From Lachnospiraceae bacterium (GTDB taxonomy: Bacteria; Bacillota; Clostridia; Lachnospirales; Lachnospiraceae): a DNA stretch of 64,000 nucleotides. This document shows positions 1 to 10,321 of this stretch, piece after piece. Numbering within the stretch: position 1 is the stretch's first letter; each line of letters begins with the position of its first letter. Both the position numbers and the translations under genes were made by a program. The stretch is from contig JALEWA010000066.1 of the NCBI GenBank assembly GCA_022788085.1, forward strand, positions 6,465 through 70,464, written 5' to 3'. The notes below the pieces were generated by a model that made no database searches, had not been told where the DNA came from, and saw only the letters and a list, made by a program, of their open reading frames with translations.

Positions 1-2353
1 CGGTCAGACAGACTTTGAGATTCCTGTCAATGTGATCGGTTCAAGCAGTGGAATCGAGGCGGTATCGACGGATGATGCACAGGTGCATGTGTCCTGTACG
101 ATGGACAGCATTAAGGTTTCTTTAGAGAAGACAGCAGGAGAAACAAACAGTGCGGTTAACATAAATGTTTCGACAAGAGAGAAAAATGGAGATGGAACGC
201 CATTAGCAACCTCGACCATTTGCATACAGATCAGGCGTGTAGATGAGCTGACCGTGACCTCGACACTGCTGGAAGGTGAAGAGGGTATGGCAGGAGCAAA
301 ATATAAGTTCACGAGTGCGTTAACAAGATATACGCCATACCTTGCCAAGAAACCGGGAGTGGCATGGGATGCTGACTATAAGAATCCATATGCCGTACAG
401 TGGAACTACGACAGCAATTTTGTTATTAATGGAACAGCTGCCGATTTCAATGAATATTTTGAAGTTGTAGAGAAGGAAGAGGATATTGATACACCTTATC
501 TGATTCTAAAGCTGAAGAAGAATCTTGTGGTTGGCGCTACCCTGACAGTAGAGGGCGTATCCAGGCATGCTGCTATTGATGGCGGTAATAAGTCCGGTAC
601 AGCATATAATACGGAAGTAAAGGCTTCTGCCACAATTGTAGGACCGACACTGCGTGGTGTGGAGAACATAGTCTTAGAGCCCGGTGAAACATATAGTGTA
701 TCACTTCCAATCGCAGAGTGCGGCATTACGACAACACCGGATGCACTGGCACTCGGAAGCAAGGGTACAACAATGAGCTTTGCAGATGGCGAATTCAAAA
801 TTAAGCTTGGCAAGGACGAAAAGGGCGATACCAACGGTCAGATTAAGATAGAGCTTAGAGCTAAGGATGATACGGATATCAGTAATGTCAGAACGATATA
901 CATATCTGTCAGACGTTTAAATGAACTGAGGCTGGAATTAAAACAGCTTACAGGCAAGGGACATCCTGTAAAAGAGCCTTTACTAAGAGGAGCAGATTAC
1001 CAGTTCGCTACAAGAATGAAGGGAACCAATATGAAGAAGACAGCAGAGGAACAGGAAGCAGATTACCTGCCGAATCCTTATGCGGTTGAATTCAGTTGGG
1101 AATTCTGGCTGAACGGAGTAAAGATAACAGGTCTTCCCGGAATTGAAGGAACTGTAATTTGGGATAAATATGAATATTATGAGAAGACAGGCAAATATAC
1201 GCTGGTATACAGTCATGCTGCGACCAATCCGGGAAATCAGTATTTCAGGCTGGTAGATTTGGGCACGAATAAAGAGCAGCCTTGCATTAACTTTATTTTG
1301 AAGCAGGACTTCCCGGATAACGCCGAGCTTATTGTAACGGCGAAAGCGCTTCACCCCGCAGGTAAGGATTCTTCCGGAGTGGTAAGAAACCAGACAGGAG
1401 AAGCCTATATTGAGGGCGAAATGATAGCTGTCGCTATCCTGGAGGGAAACAAGACTACGATTATTGATCCGGATGATCCGTTTGATGATAATGAGATTGA
1501 TTTCCTTGATAATATCAAGCGTGGACAGGACTTTTCAGCATTTCCGGACTCTCATGAAACTGCAAACTTCCCAAGTACTGTAGATTGGAATATGGGAAGA
1601 TGGTTCATGCGTGTAAGAGAAATCCTTGGCGAGGATGCAAGTGGTAATCTCTTGTATGGACCATGGTCTTCTTACCGGAGAACGAAGGAAGGAAGCAGTG
1701 CGAAAAAGCTGAATGCTGAAGAAACAAGGTCGTTCCTTCCTGATAAGAGATATCAGCTGGAGATGGCATTTATGGCAGTTAATCAGAATACGAAGACCAT
1801 ATACTGGCCGTATGATGATTCCCTGTTTGAAGCAGGAACCGGCTTTGAATCGTATAATAAGGCATGGAGTACAGATACACCGCAGACTGCAAAGGCTGTT
1901 TACAGCAGTACTTATAACATTGGAAGAGCATGCATTACCTTTAAGAAGGATGGTACAAGCTATAAGTGTATCGGCTCTTTGGAGGATCCTGTTGTATTAC
2001 ATGCGGGTGGTTCCTTCCAGATTGATTTGGATGGCTATACAATAGAATATGGTCATTATCAGGGAAAGTGCTATGCACGTGTACAGGAGCTTGTGGGTAA
2101 TACCTGGGTTGAAGTCGGCAATAAGGGCTGGTCGATACAGGATAGAAGCAGCTTCTTCCTGATAAAGGACATTCAGGACAGTGCGAAAGGAACTTATCGA
2201 ATCAGCTTCAAGGTAGTTGATGATAGCGGAGCTGACTGGACGAAGTTTACCGGTGATATGTGGAATCCTGTTTATACAGGATACGAGGATACAGAGTTCT
2301 TACTTTGCGGCTCTAACGGAACGGCAGGCTATATTTACATCAGAATCGAATAA
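1..2353 (+). CDS. Large probable surface/secreted protein with internal beta-rich repeats, 5'-truncated by the window edge
   Basis: Frame 2 is open from base 2 (GQTDFEIPVNVIG...), so the track's GTG at 32 is not the true start. Two similar segments: TICIQIRRVDEL..GAKYKF..NPYAVQW and TIYISVRRLNEL..GADYQF..NPYAVEFSW. Confidence 0.6.
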   Translation, partial: GQTDFEIPVNVIGSSSGIEAVSTDDAQVHVSCTMDSIKVSLEKTAGETNSAVNINVSTREKNGDGTPLATSTICIQIRRVDELTVTSTLLEGEEGMAGAKYKFTSALTRYTPYLAKKPGVAWDADYKNPYAVQWNYDSNFVINGTAADFNEYFEVVEKEEDIDTPYLILKLKKNLVVGATLTVEGVSRHAAIDGGNKSGTAYNTEVKASATIVGPTLRGVENIVLEPGETYSVSLPIAECGITTTPDALALGSKGTTMSFADGEFKIKLGKDEKGDTNGQIKIELRAKDDTDISNVRTIYISVRRLNELRLELKQLTGKGHPVKEPLLRGADYQFATRMKGTNMKKTAEEQEADYLPNPYAVEFSWEFWLNGVKITGLPGIEGTVIWDKYEYYEKTGKYTLVYSHAATNPGNQYFRLVDLGTNKEQPCINFILKQDFPDNAELIVTAKALHPAGKDSSGVVRNQTGEAYIEGEMIAVAILEGNKTTIIDPDDPFDDNEIDFLDNIKRGQDFSAFPDSHETANFPSTVDWNMGRWFMRVREILGEDASGNLLYGPWSSYRRTKEGSSAKKLNAEETRSFLPDKRYQLEMAFMAVNQNTKTIYWPYDDSLFEAGTGFESYNKAWSTDTPQTAKAVYSSTYNIGRACITFKKDGTSYKCIGSLEDPVVLHAGGSFQIDLDGYTIEYGHYQGKCYARVQELVGNTWVEVGNKGWSIQDRSSFFLIKDIQDSAKGTYRISFKVVDDSGADWTKFTGDMWNPVYTGYEDTEFLLCGSNGTAGYIYIRIE

Positions 2354-2358
2354 ATTTA

Positions 2359-2408
2359 TTGAAACCTTCCCGAGATTATGTTAATATAGATTCGACCAGA
2401 TAAGTCAA
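2359..2408 (+). promoter_or_regulatory. SigA-like promoter with extended -10 and a putative TetR operator
   Basis: TTGAAA (2359-2364), 17 bp, TG-n-TAATAT (2382-2387), then imperfect palindrome TCGACC-AGATA-AGTCAA at 2392-2408. Confidence 0.5.
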
Positions 2409-2431
2409 TTGCTCAAGGGAGGAAAACATAA

Positions 2432-3082
2432 ATGAATGACAAGTTCTTTGATTTATCCAGAGAGAAACAGGACCGCATGATTAATGGGGCGATAGAGGTT
2501 TTTGCGAAGAATGGATTTAAGCATGCCAGTACAGACGATATGGTGAAGGCAGTGGATGTAAGCAAAGGATTATGGTTTCATTATTTCGGTTCCAAGCTGG
2601 GATTATATACCTTTGTCTATGGCTATAGCGTAAAGTATATGATACTGGAATTATCTTCCGTCGTAGATGCGGATGAAAAGAATTATTTTGAAATCATGAA
2701 GCAGATAGAGTTTGCTAAGATGCGAATCAGAAAGAGTTATCCATATATGACGTTATTCCTTGAACAGGCTCTTACGGAAACCGATACGGACATTTTGGAA
2801 CAGACAGCTGAGGATCGTAGAATTTTCCAGGAGAAAATGACCGGATTAATCAAGAGTGGAGAGATTCCGGGCGTTGTGGATAAGGCAAGACGTGAGAAGA
2901 TTAAAAGGATGACACAATATACAATCGACGGTATTGTGAGAGATAAGGCATTCTCTGTGGAGCCGGAGGCTGTTTATAGGGAAATCAGGAATTATTTGGA
3001 ACTGTTGCGTGATATGGTTACAGCAGGGAGTAATGTAACAAAGGAAGAACAGGATTTAATGATAGAATCCGTGGCTTCTTGA
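2432..3082 (+). CDS. TetR/AcrR family transcriptional regulator
   Basis: N-terminal HTH: AIEVFAKNGFKHASTDDMVKAVDVSKGLWFHYFGSK. SD AGGGAGG upstream. Confidence 0.9.
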   Translation: MNDKFFDLSREKQDRMINGAIEVFAKNGFKHASTDDMVKAVDVSKGLWFHYFGSKLGLYTFVYGYSVKYMILELSSVVDADEKNYFEIMKQIEFAKMRIRKSYPYMTLFLEQALTETDTDILEQTAEDRRIFQEKMTGLIKSGEIPGVVDKARREKIKRMTQYTIDGIVRDKAFSVEPEAVYREIRNYLELLRDMVTAGSNVTKEEQDLMIESVAS

Positions 3083-3096
3083 AGAGAATAGGTAAA

Positions 3097-3128
3097 TAGA
3101 AAAACAGGGGACATCCCCTGTTTTTCTA
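3097..3128. terminator. Bidirectional intrinsic terminator
   Basis: Perfect 14-bp inverted repeat TAGAAAAACAGGGG-ACAT-CCCCTGTTTTTCTA between convergent genes. Confidence 0.85.
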
Positions 3129-3887
3129 TTTACGCTGCTGATAAGCAGGATCGGCAGGATAGCCGCCCTTTAGCTTTTGCATTCCTCTTTGAATCGCATC
3201 TTTTGAGTTTTTCCAGTCTGCATCATGATTCTGGTAGTCGAATTTCTCAACCATCCAGCTTACATCTTCTTCAACACGCTTCATATTTTCCTGCATGAGC
3301 CTGAATAAAACAGGAAAGAATTCCTGCTGTTGTTTTTCAGGAAGCTTTTCTACGGCTGCCTGACACAAATCACCAAAGTGTACGAGGCAGAACCCTTTAC
3401 TCTCTGCAAAACGCTTACGGAAGTCATCATCCTTCCTGTACATAAAGAAAAAGGTATCCAGGTATCTTTCATATGTTTCGCGGTAATGGTTGCAGATGTA
3501 GCAGGAGTCCTGTTTCGCATAGGTCCATGCGGTCATGGTATTATTGATTTCCTTCGACTTCTTTAAGCGGTCTAAGAAGGAAATCTTTGCAGGCTTGAAT
3601 TTCCTGATTTCATCGGAAAGCTCCTTGTTCATGCGCTGGTAGTGAGTCTTAAGAATCCATGCATTTCCGAGTGTATTGCCATATTGGAACATTTTCTTGA
3701 AATGATAGCGGCAAAAGCCTGTCTGATCAGTCTGTTCCCTGATATCACTTTCCATATAGGAAGAGCCGGAACCTAAAGTGAAATCGAGGATATCCTGCTC
3801 CAATTTACGTTCTATAAAACAGAATGGGCATTCATCATTTGCAGCAAATGCGTCATTTAATGGAATCGTATAAAGCTGTTCTTTCAT
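3126..3887 (-). CDS. DUF6062-like conserved protein with CxxC motifs
   Basis: ECPFC, GFCRYH, SCYIC and GFCLVH motifs in two similar halves; family recognised from memory. Confidence 0.7.
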   Translation of the reverse strand: MKEQLYTIPLNDAFAANDECPFCFIERKLEQDILDFTLGSGSSYMESDIREQTDQTGFCRYHFKKMFQYGNTLGNAWILKTHYQRMNKELSDEIRKFKPAKISFLDRLKKSKEINNTMTAWTYAKQDSCYICNHYRETYERYLDTFFFMYRKDDDFRKRFAESKGFCLVHFGDLCQAAVEKLPEKQQQEFFPVLFRLMQENMKRVEEDVSWMVEKFDYQNHDADWKNSKDAIQRGMQKLKGGYPADPAYQQRK

Positions 3888-4045
3888 GTTAATAACCTCC
3901 GAAGGAATGGAATATGTTCAGTCTAGCATATTTTTTGAAGTGCAACAAGTAAAGAGCTTAGTTTTCAGATAAAACATTGAAATAACTGACAAAAAGGAGT
4001 ATACTAAAGTTGAACCTCTATTTTTGGAGAAAAGGAGAGAGAGAA

Positions 4046-4957
4046 ATGAGTCGTTTTATGGTTGCAGGTTTTATCCAGATTGAAACAATTGTGAAAGTAG
4101 ATACTCTTCCGGTGCCATATTTTCAATTTCAGAGTATCCCGGATATGATCGATACAAACCTTGGCGGATGCGGATATAATGAAGCCATGGCACTTACCTG
4201 GCTTGGAGATGAAGTCGATTTTATGAGCATGGTTGGAAAGGATATGAGTACTCAGAAGGTTTATGACCAGCTGGTATCCAGCGGTGTCAGGATAAAAATG
4301 GATTATGTCCTTCCAAGACTTGATTCCATGCCGTCTTCTGTGATTCTGTATCATAATGGAAAGAAACAGATCTTTGAAGATGTAAAAGATATTCGTACTG
4401 TTCCATATGACTATGATCTTTTTGAAAAGCAGATTCAGGATAAGGATATGGTTCTTATCTCAAGCTGCAATTTCTGTCGTCCCGTGATTGAACTTGCCAG
4501 GAAATATCATAAGCCTCTGGCGGTAAATGTCAGGAGTATGCGCAAGGAGAAGGTAATACAGAAGGGAGATTTTCTTAAAGATGCAGATATTTTATATATC
4601 AGTGATGATGAACTGGATGGAGATCCATATGAATGTATAGAAATGTGTCGCAGGGAATTTGATTCGGAAATTGTAATTATAGGAATTGGAAGCAAGGGAG
4701 TAATCCTATATACAAAAGAGGATAACAGTATTCTGGAATACAATCCTGTGAAAACGAATGAAATCGTGAATACCGTTGGTGCAGGTAATGCTCTGTTTTC
4801 CGCATTCCTTCACTATTATACCAAAACAGGAGATGCAAAGGAGGCAATCAAGAATGCATTGCTTTTTGCATCTTATAAAATAGGTTTTGTTGGTACTTCT
4901 AATGGTTTCATGACAGAGGAGCAGATTGAACAATGGAAGCCGTTAATCTGGAAGTGA
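4046..4957 (+). CDS. PfkB/ribokinase family carbohydrate kinase
   Basis: GGCGYN N-terminal motif and C-terminal NTVGAGNAL (variant of DTxGAGD). ATG at 4046 follows the SD AGGAG. Confidence 0.85.
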   Translation: MSRFMVAGFIQIETIVKVDTLPVPYFQFQSIPDMIDTNLGGCGYNEAMALTWLGDEVDFMSMVGKDMSTQKVYDQLVSSGVRIKMDYVLPRLDSMPSSVILYHNGKKQIFEDVKDIRTVPYDYDLFEKQIQDKDMVLISSCNFCRPVIELARKYHKPLAVNVRSMRKEKVIQKGDFLKDADILYISDDELDGDPYECIEMCRREFDSEIVIIGIGSKGVILYTKEDNSILEYNPVKTNEIVNTVGAGNALFSAFLHYYTKTGDAKEAIKNALLFASYKIGFVGTSNGFMTEEQIEQWKPLIWK

Positions 4958-4966
4958 CAGATGAGT

Positions 4967-4998
4967 AAATAAAAAAGAGCGTAAGCTCTTTTTTATTT
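4967..4998. terminator. Bidirectional intrinsic terminator
   Basis: AAATAAAAAAGAGC-GTAA-GCTCTTTTTTATTT between convergent genes. Confidence 0.85.
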
Positions 4999-5039
4999 GC
5001 GGTATAAGAAATTGTTGTAACGAAGTGGAATCCTCTTTG

Positions 5040-5744
5040 TTACTCCGTATACAAATATCTTAAGAAAGTAATTGCATTTTCCATACTGTTGGAGTTAACA
5101 AGGAATCCAAGAATGGGTTCTTTATCTACATAGTAATAATATTCATTCAGCTTCGGCGAATCCGTTACATAAATACCAAGTGGAAGTGTTTCGCCTGTCT
5201 CTTCATTTGTGTAATAATAAAGCTTGTCCTTGAACTGCTCCATCAGATCATCAGGAAGGACAGTAGTAATATCGGGAAAGCATTCAGACTTACAGAAATA
5301 GTCAAATGCTTCTGAGTCACCAATGATAACATCCAATTCACCGGTAGAGATAACGGCCATGCTCTTTTCCAAACCGGAGTATGCATCGAAATCAGAAGCT
5401 TCCGGATTATAATTCATGGTCGCATCAATATAAGCTTCATGCTCTTTGGTATCAATACCTGCGTAGGAAACGAATTCATCCAGCATGGCGGTACTGGAGG
5501 AATCTCCGGTATCATTAAAGAAGAAGGCTGCAAAACCGGTATCTTCCGGCGCTGTTATCATGGTATAGGCAATGTTTCCAAGAAAGATAAGCGCAATAAT
5601 AATGATAATGGTCGTTTTCAGGTAATAATCTTTAAAATAGGAAAGCTTCTCCTTCAGAGGGGCATCTTTCAGCTTGGCATTCTGTTCTCTGATTTCGTCA
5701 TGAATAGAATTATTCTGATCGCGGTTTTTATTATAAACGTCCAT
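5040..5744 (-). CDS. Membrane-anchored hypothetical protein with a solute-binding-like extracellular domain
   Basis: Hydrophobic TIIIIIALIFLGNIAY segment followed by an acidic domain (GELDVIIGD). SD GGAGG upstream. Confidence 0.65.
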   Translation of the reverse strand: MDVYNKNRDQNNSIHDEIREQNAKLKDAPLKEKLSYFKDYYLKTTIIIIIALIFLGNIAYTMITAPEDTGFAAFFFNDTGDSSSTAMLDEFVSYAGIDTKEHEAYIDATMNYNPEASDFDAYSGLEKSMAVISTGELDVIIGDSEAFDYFCKSECFPDITTVLPDDLMEQFKDKLYYYTNEETGETLPLGIYVTDSPKLNEYYYYVDKEPILGFLVNSNSMENAITFLRYLYTE

Positions 5745-5919
5745 ATGTAACCTCCATAGATATTTTGCTATTTATCATGATATATGTGGGAGGCATCAGA
5801 TGTCAATGAAGGAGACTATTAATTTTTTCTAAAGCACGAAGAATGCGTTGATTTCTTTAGTGAAATACGATATATTTTAAGATATACTATTACATAAGAA
5901 AATAGGAAGGGCAAAGAAT

Positions 5920-6420
5920 ATGAACGACAGTTATAAAGAACTATTAGTTACGAAGGAAAAGGGGTTCAAGGATAAGCTTCTTCGAGTTGTCTGCGTGATT
6001 CCCACTATTTTTTTAGGCTTATTGGTATTACTTACAGGTAATATTATTGTTTTCATCCTTACGGTTGCATTTGGAGTACTTGACTATTTTATTTTCCAGT
6101 GGACTGATATTGAGTTTGAATATCTGTATCTGGATAAAGAAATCTGCATTGACAAGATTATGGCTAAGAACAGAAGAAAACGTGTTGCAACCCTTAACGT
6201 TGAAAAGATGGAAATTCTTGCACCGGAGAAATCACATGAGTTAGACTCTTACAGAAACAGAAGTGTTAAGACTGTTGATTACAGTGCAGGTCAGGATTTG
6301 CCGGGGCAGAAGCTGTATGCAATGTTCTATGAGGGAAATCAGAAATATCTGATGAACCTTGATGAGGACTTTGCAAAAACAGTGAAGGGCATCGCGCCAA
6401 GAAAGGTATTTATGGATTGA
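5920..6420 (+). CDS. DUF6106-like membrane protein
   Basis: Two TM helices, then EFEYLYLDKEICIDKIMAKNRRK; family recognised from memory. Confidence 0.65.
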   Translation: MNDSYKELLVTKEKGFKDKLLRVVCVIPTIFLGLLVLLTGNIIVFILTVAFGVLDYFIFQWTDIEFEYLYLDKEICIDKIMAKNRRKRVATLNVEKMEILAPEKSHELDSYRNRSVKTVDYSAGQDLPGQKLYAMFYEGNQKYLMNLDEDFAKTVKGIAPRKVFMD

Positions 6421-6445
6421 CAACCAGGTCAGACTTTTGTATAAT
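6417..6445 (+). promoter_or_regulatory. Consensus SigA promoter of guaB
   Basis: TTGACA (6417-6422), 17 bp, TATAAT (6440-6445). Confidence 0.8.
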
Positions 6446-6493
6446 TTTAAATTACTATTCGGGAGCTTTTAAGTATAATCCCGGATAAAGTGA

Positions 6494-7990
<1,497 letters not shown>

Positions 7991-8003
7991 TAATTATTAA
8001 TAT

Positions 8004-8040
8004 AAGACGCTGTCACAATGTTGCGACAGCGTCTTTTTTT
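8004..8040. terminator. Intrinsic terminator after guaB
   Basis: AAGACGCTGTC...GACAGCGTCTT followed by a T run. Confidence 0.85.
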
Positions 8041-8052
8041 AAATCTCTTATT

Positions 8053-8679
8053 TTACATCTGCGAAATAAAGGACAGATAGCTAAGAGTCCCCGGCTTGAC
8101 TTCTGTTCCTTTTTCCAGGAGGGAGATAAGTCCCCGCATGGTGTCCTCTGTTTCTTCGATGGAAGAGGGAAGGAGGGAATTATCAAGCTTTACGGCAATA
8201 ACAATCAATACGATTTCTGCAAGAGCAGCAGGGTAGTCAAAGTGGATTTCACCGCTTTCGACGCCCTGCTTAATGATTTCTGCCAAATCAGGCTTTAACT
8301 TTGAGATGACATGATTAAGATATTTCTGATGAAGATATGCAATATCCTGTGCACTGGCATCACTGGAGGAGCTGTTGTTCTGTTTTAAAAATGCGATGGA
8401 AGAGTTCCTGCATGCCTGAAGCAGCATTGCCATACGCGTAAAAGGAGAAATATCAGTCTGTGCCGCCAGATTGCTGGCAGTCTGCAGTGGAGTCTCATAG
8501 CTTCTCTGGATAAGTGCATCCAGAATGGCATCCTTTGAAGGAAAATAATAATAAATACTTCCTTTGCCAATTCCTGCCTTTTGGGCAATCTCACTTACCG
8601 ATATATTTTGTATTTTCTTTTCCTCCAAAAGCTGCTGGAGTGCATCTAAAATCAAATCATATTTTTTCATATCAGGCAT
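8053..8679 (-). CDS. TetR/AcrR family regulator, divergent from the fatty-acid-amide-type cluster
   Basis: HTH ISVSEIAQKAGIGKGSIYYYFPSK. Likely ATG at 8679 (MPDMKKY) with SD GAGG. Confidence 0.9.
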   Translation of the reverse strand: MPDMKKYDLILDALQQLLEEKKIQNISVSEIAQKAGIGKGSIYYYFPSKDAILDALIQRSYETPLQTASNLAAQTDISPFTRMAMLLQACRNSSIAFLKQNNSSSSDASAQDIAYLHQKYLNHVISKLKPDLAEIIKQGVESGEIHFDYPAALAEIVLIVIAVKLDNSLLPSSIEETEDTMRGLISLLEKGTEVKPGTLSYLSFISQM

Positions 8680-8824
8680 ATGACAGTCACCTCTCGATTT
8701 CATCAAAACGGTAAATCCTTGTTGTTCTAAGTGACTCATTATAGCATGGAAAATGCAGGAAAACAATTGTAAAAAAATACTATAAATAAGAGTCTTGTTT
8801 TATAAAAATTTGGAAGAAGCGTAC

Positions 8825-8883
8825 TTGACTAGCGGTCGAAAAACATGATATTTTTATAAAAAACAAAGTCGACCATGGGTCGA
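8825..8883 (+). promoter_or_regulatory. Two putative TetR operators, one overlapping the -35
   Basis: Perfect palindrome TCGACC-ATG-GGTCGA (8869-8883) and variant TTGACT-AGC-GGTCGA (8825-8839) containing the -35 TTGACT. Confidence 0.65.
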
Positions 8884-8917
8884 ATGAATTATGAGCGTAG
8901 GAGATGGAGGAAAAATT

Positions 8918-9337
8918 ATGACATATGCAGAGCTTTTTTATGAGATTAAGGGCAAATTTATGGGAGCTGATGTAAGTGATATACATGAGCATTTGGCATA
9001 TCAGTTTAATATCGAGGATGAGGAGGCAGGAGGTTCCTTTTATGTAGAGGTGAAGGAAGGCGTGCTTCACGTAGAGCCATATGAATATTATGACAGAGAT
9101 GCAAGATTTATCTGTGCACCGGATGTGCTTCTTAAGATTGCAGATGGAGAAATGGATCCGGTTTGGGCATTCACAACCCAGAAACTTCGTGTAGAGGGAA
9201 ACATTGATAAGGCATTACGTCTGAATGAGATTATTGAAATGAAGAAGAAACAGGCAAAGAAGGAAAGTAAGGAAGCCAGGAAGGTAGAAAAAGCAGAGAA
9301 GAAAAAGTCCGCAAAAGCAAAAAAAGAGGAGGAATAG
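8918..9337 (+). CDS. SCP2 (sterol carrier protein-2) lipid-binding domain protein with a Lys-rich tail
   Basis: AYQFNIEDEEAGGSFYVEVKEG...MDPVWAFTTQKLRVEGNIDKAL. ATG at 8918 after SD GGAGG. Confidence 0.85.
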   Translation: MTYAELFYEIKGKFMGADVSDIHEHLAYQFNIEDEEAGGSFYVEVKEGVLHVEPYEYYDRDARFICAPDVLLKIADGEMDPVWAFTTQKLRVEGNIDKALRLNEIIEMKKKQAKKESKEARKVEKAEKKKSAKAKKEEE

Positions 9338-9340
9338 CAG

Positions 9341-10300
9341 ATGGGAAAGTTATTAAATGCTGCAGCCTGTGCAGGGGCTCTTGTAGTAGCCGGTGTCGGT
9401 GAGACCGCTTACTTTTATAACAGGACAATGGTAAGGAATAATGTGGACAGGGAGCGTACCATGAAAATGGCAGGTACAGACTGGTCACAGTACTGGACAC
9501 TGATTCAGAAGAGAAAGGCTTATTTATTATCACAACCTCATGAAGATGTGTATCAGACATCTTTTGATGATTTAAAGCTTCATGCATCTTATTTCCCTGC
9601 ATTACCGGAGTATAAACCGGCAGATGGCAAAAAGAAAGTCGCTATATGTTTTCATGGCTACACAAGTATGGGACTTTCTGACTATGTTGGACTTTCTGAC
9701 TACTATTTAAAAAGAGGATTTGCGATGCTGCTTCCTGATGCGCGTGCACACGGTGACAGCGAAGGCAGGTATATCGGCTTTGGCTGCCTTGACAGAAAGG
9801 ATGCCCTTGGCTGGATCAAATGGGTGTTTCAGAAATGCGGCAAGGACGTTGAGATTATCCTTCACGGAACCTCCATGGGAGGCGCGACTGTGCTTATGAC
9901 AAGTGGTTTAGAGCTCCCACCTCAGGTTAAGGGCATTGTCTCTGATTGTGGCTTTACCTCACCCAAAGAGGTATTTACCCATGTGCTCAAATCTATGTAT
10001 CACTTACCGGCATTTCCTATTATACCGGCAGCTAATGTGGTTAATAAGAGACTTGCAGGCTATGGCATGGACGAGTGTAATGCAAAACGTGAGGTCAGAA
10101 AGGCAAAGGTTCCGATTCTGTTCATTCACGGCTCTAAGGATACATTTGTACCATGTCAGATGTGTCATGAGATTTATGCGAACTGTGCATCACCTAAGAA
10201 AAAGCTGATTATTGATGGCGCTGCACATGCAGAGAGCTATTATAAGGCTACCGAGAAGTATGAAAAGGCTTTGACGGAATTTTTTGACGGAATATTATAG
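9341..10300 (+). CDS. Alpha/beta hydrolase
   Basis: CFHGY, HGTSMGG nucleophile elbow, HGSKDTFVP (Asp), GAAHA (His). Confidence 0.9.
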   Translation: MGKLLNAAACAGALVVAGVGETAYFYNRTMVRNNVDRERTMKMAGTDWSQYWTLIQKRKAYLLSQPHEDVYQTSFDDLKLHASYFPALPEYKPADGKKKVAICFHGYTSMGLSDYVGLSDYYLKRGFAMLLPDARAHGDSEGRYIGFGCLDRKDALGWIKWVFQKCGKDVEIILHGTSMGGATVLMTSGLELPPQVKGIVSDCGFTSPKEVFTHVLKSMYHLPAFPIIPAANVVNKRLAGYGMDECNAKREVRKAKVPILFIHGSKDTFVPCQMCHEIYANCASPKKKLIIDGAAHAESYYKATEKYEKALTEFFDGIL

Positions 10301-10321
10301 GCCAATGCGGGAGGAAAAAGA

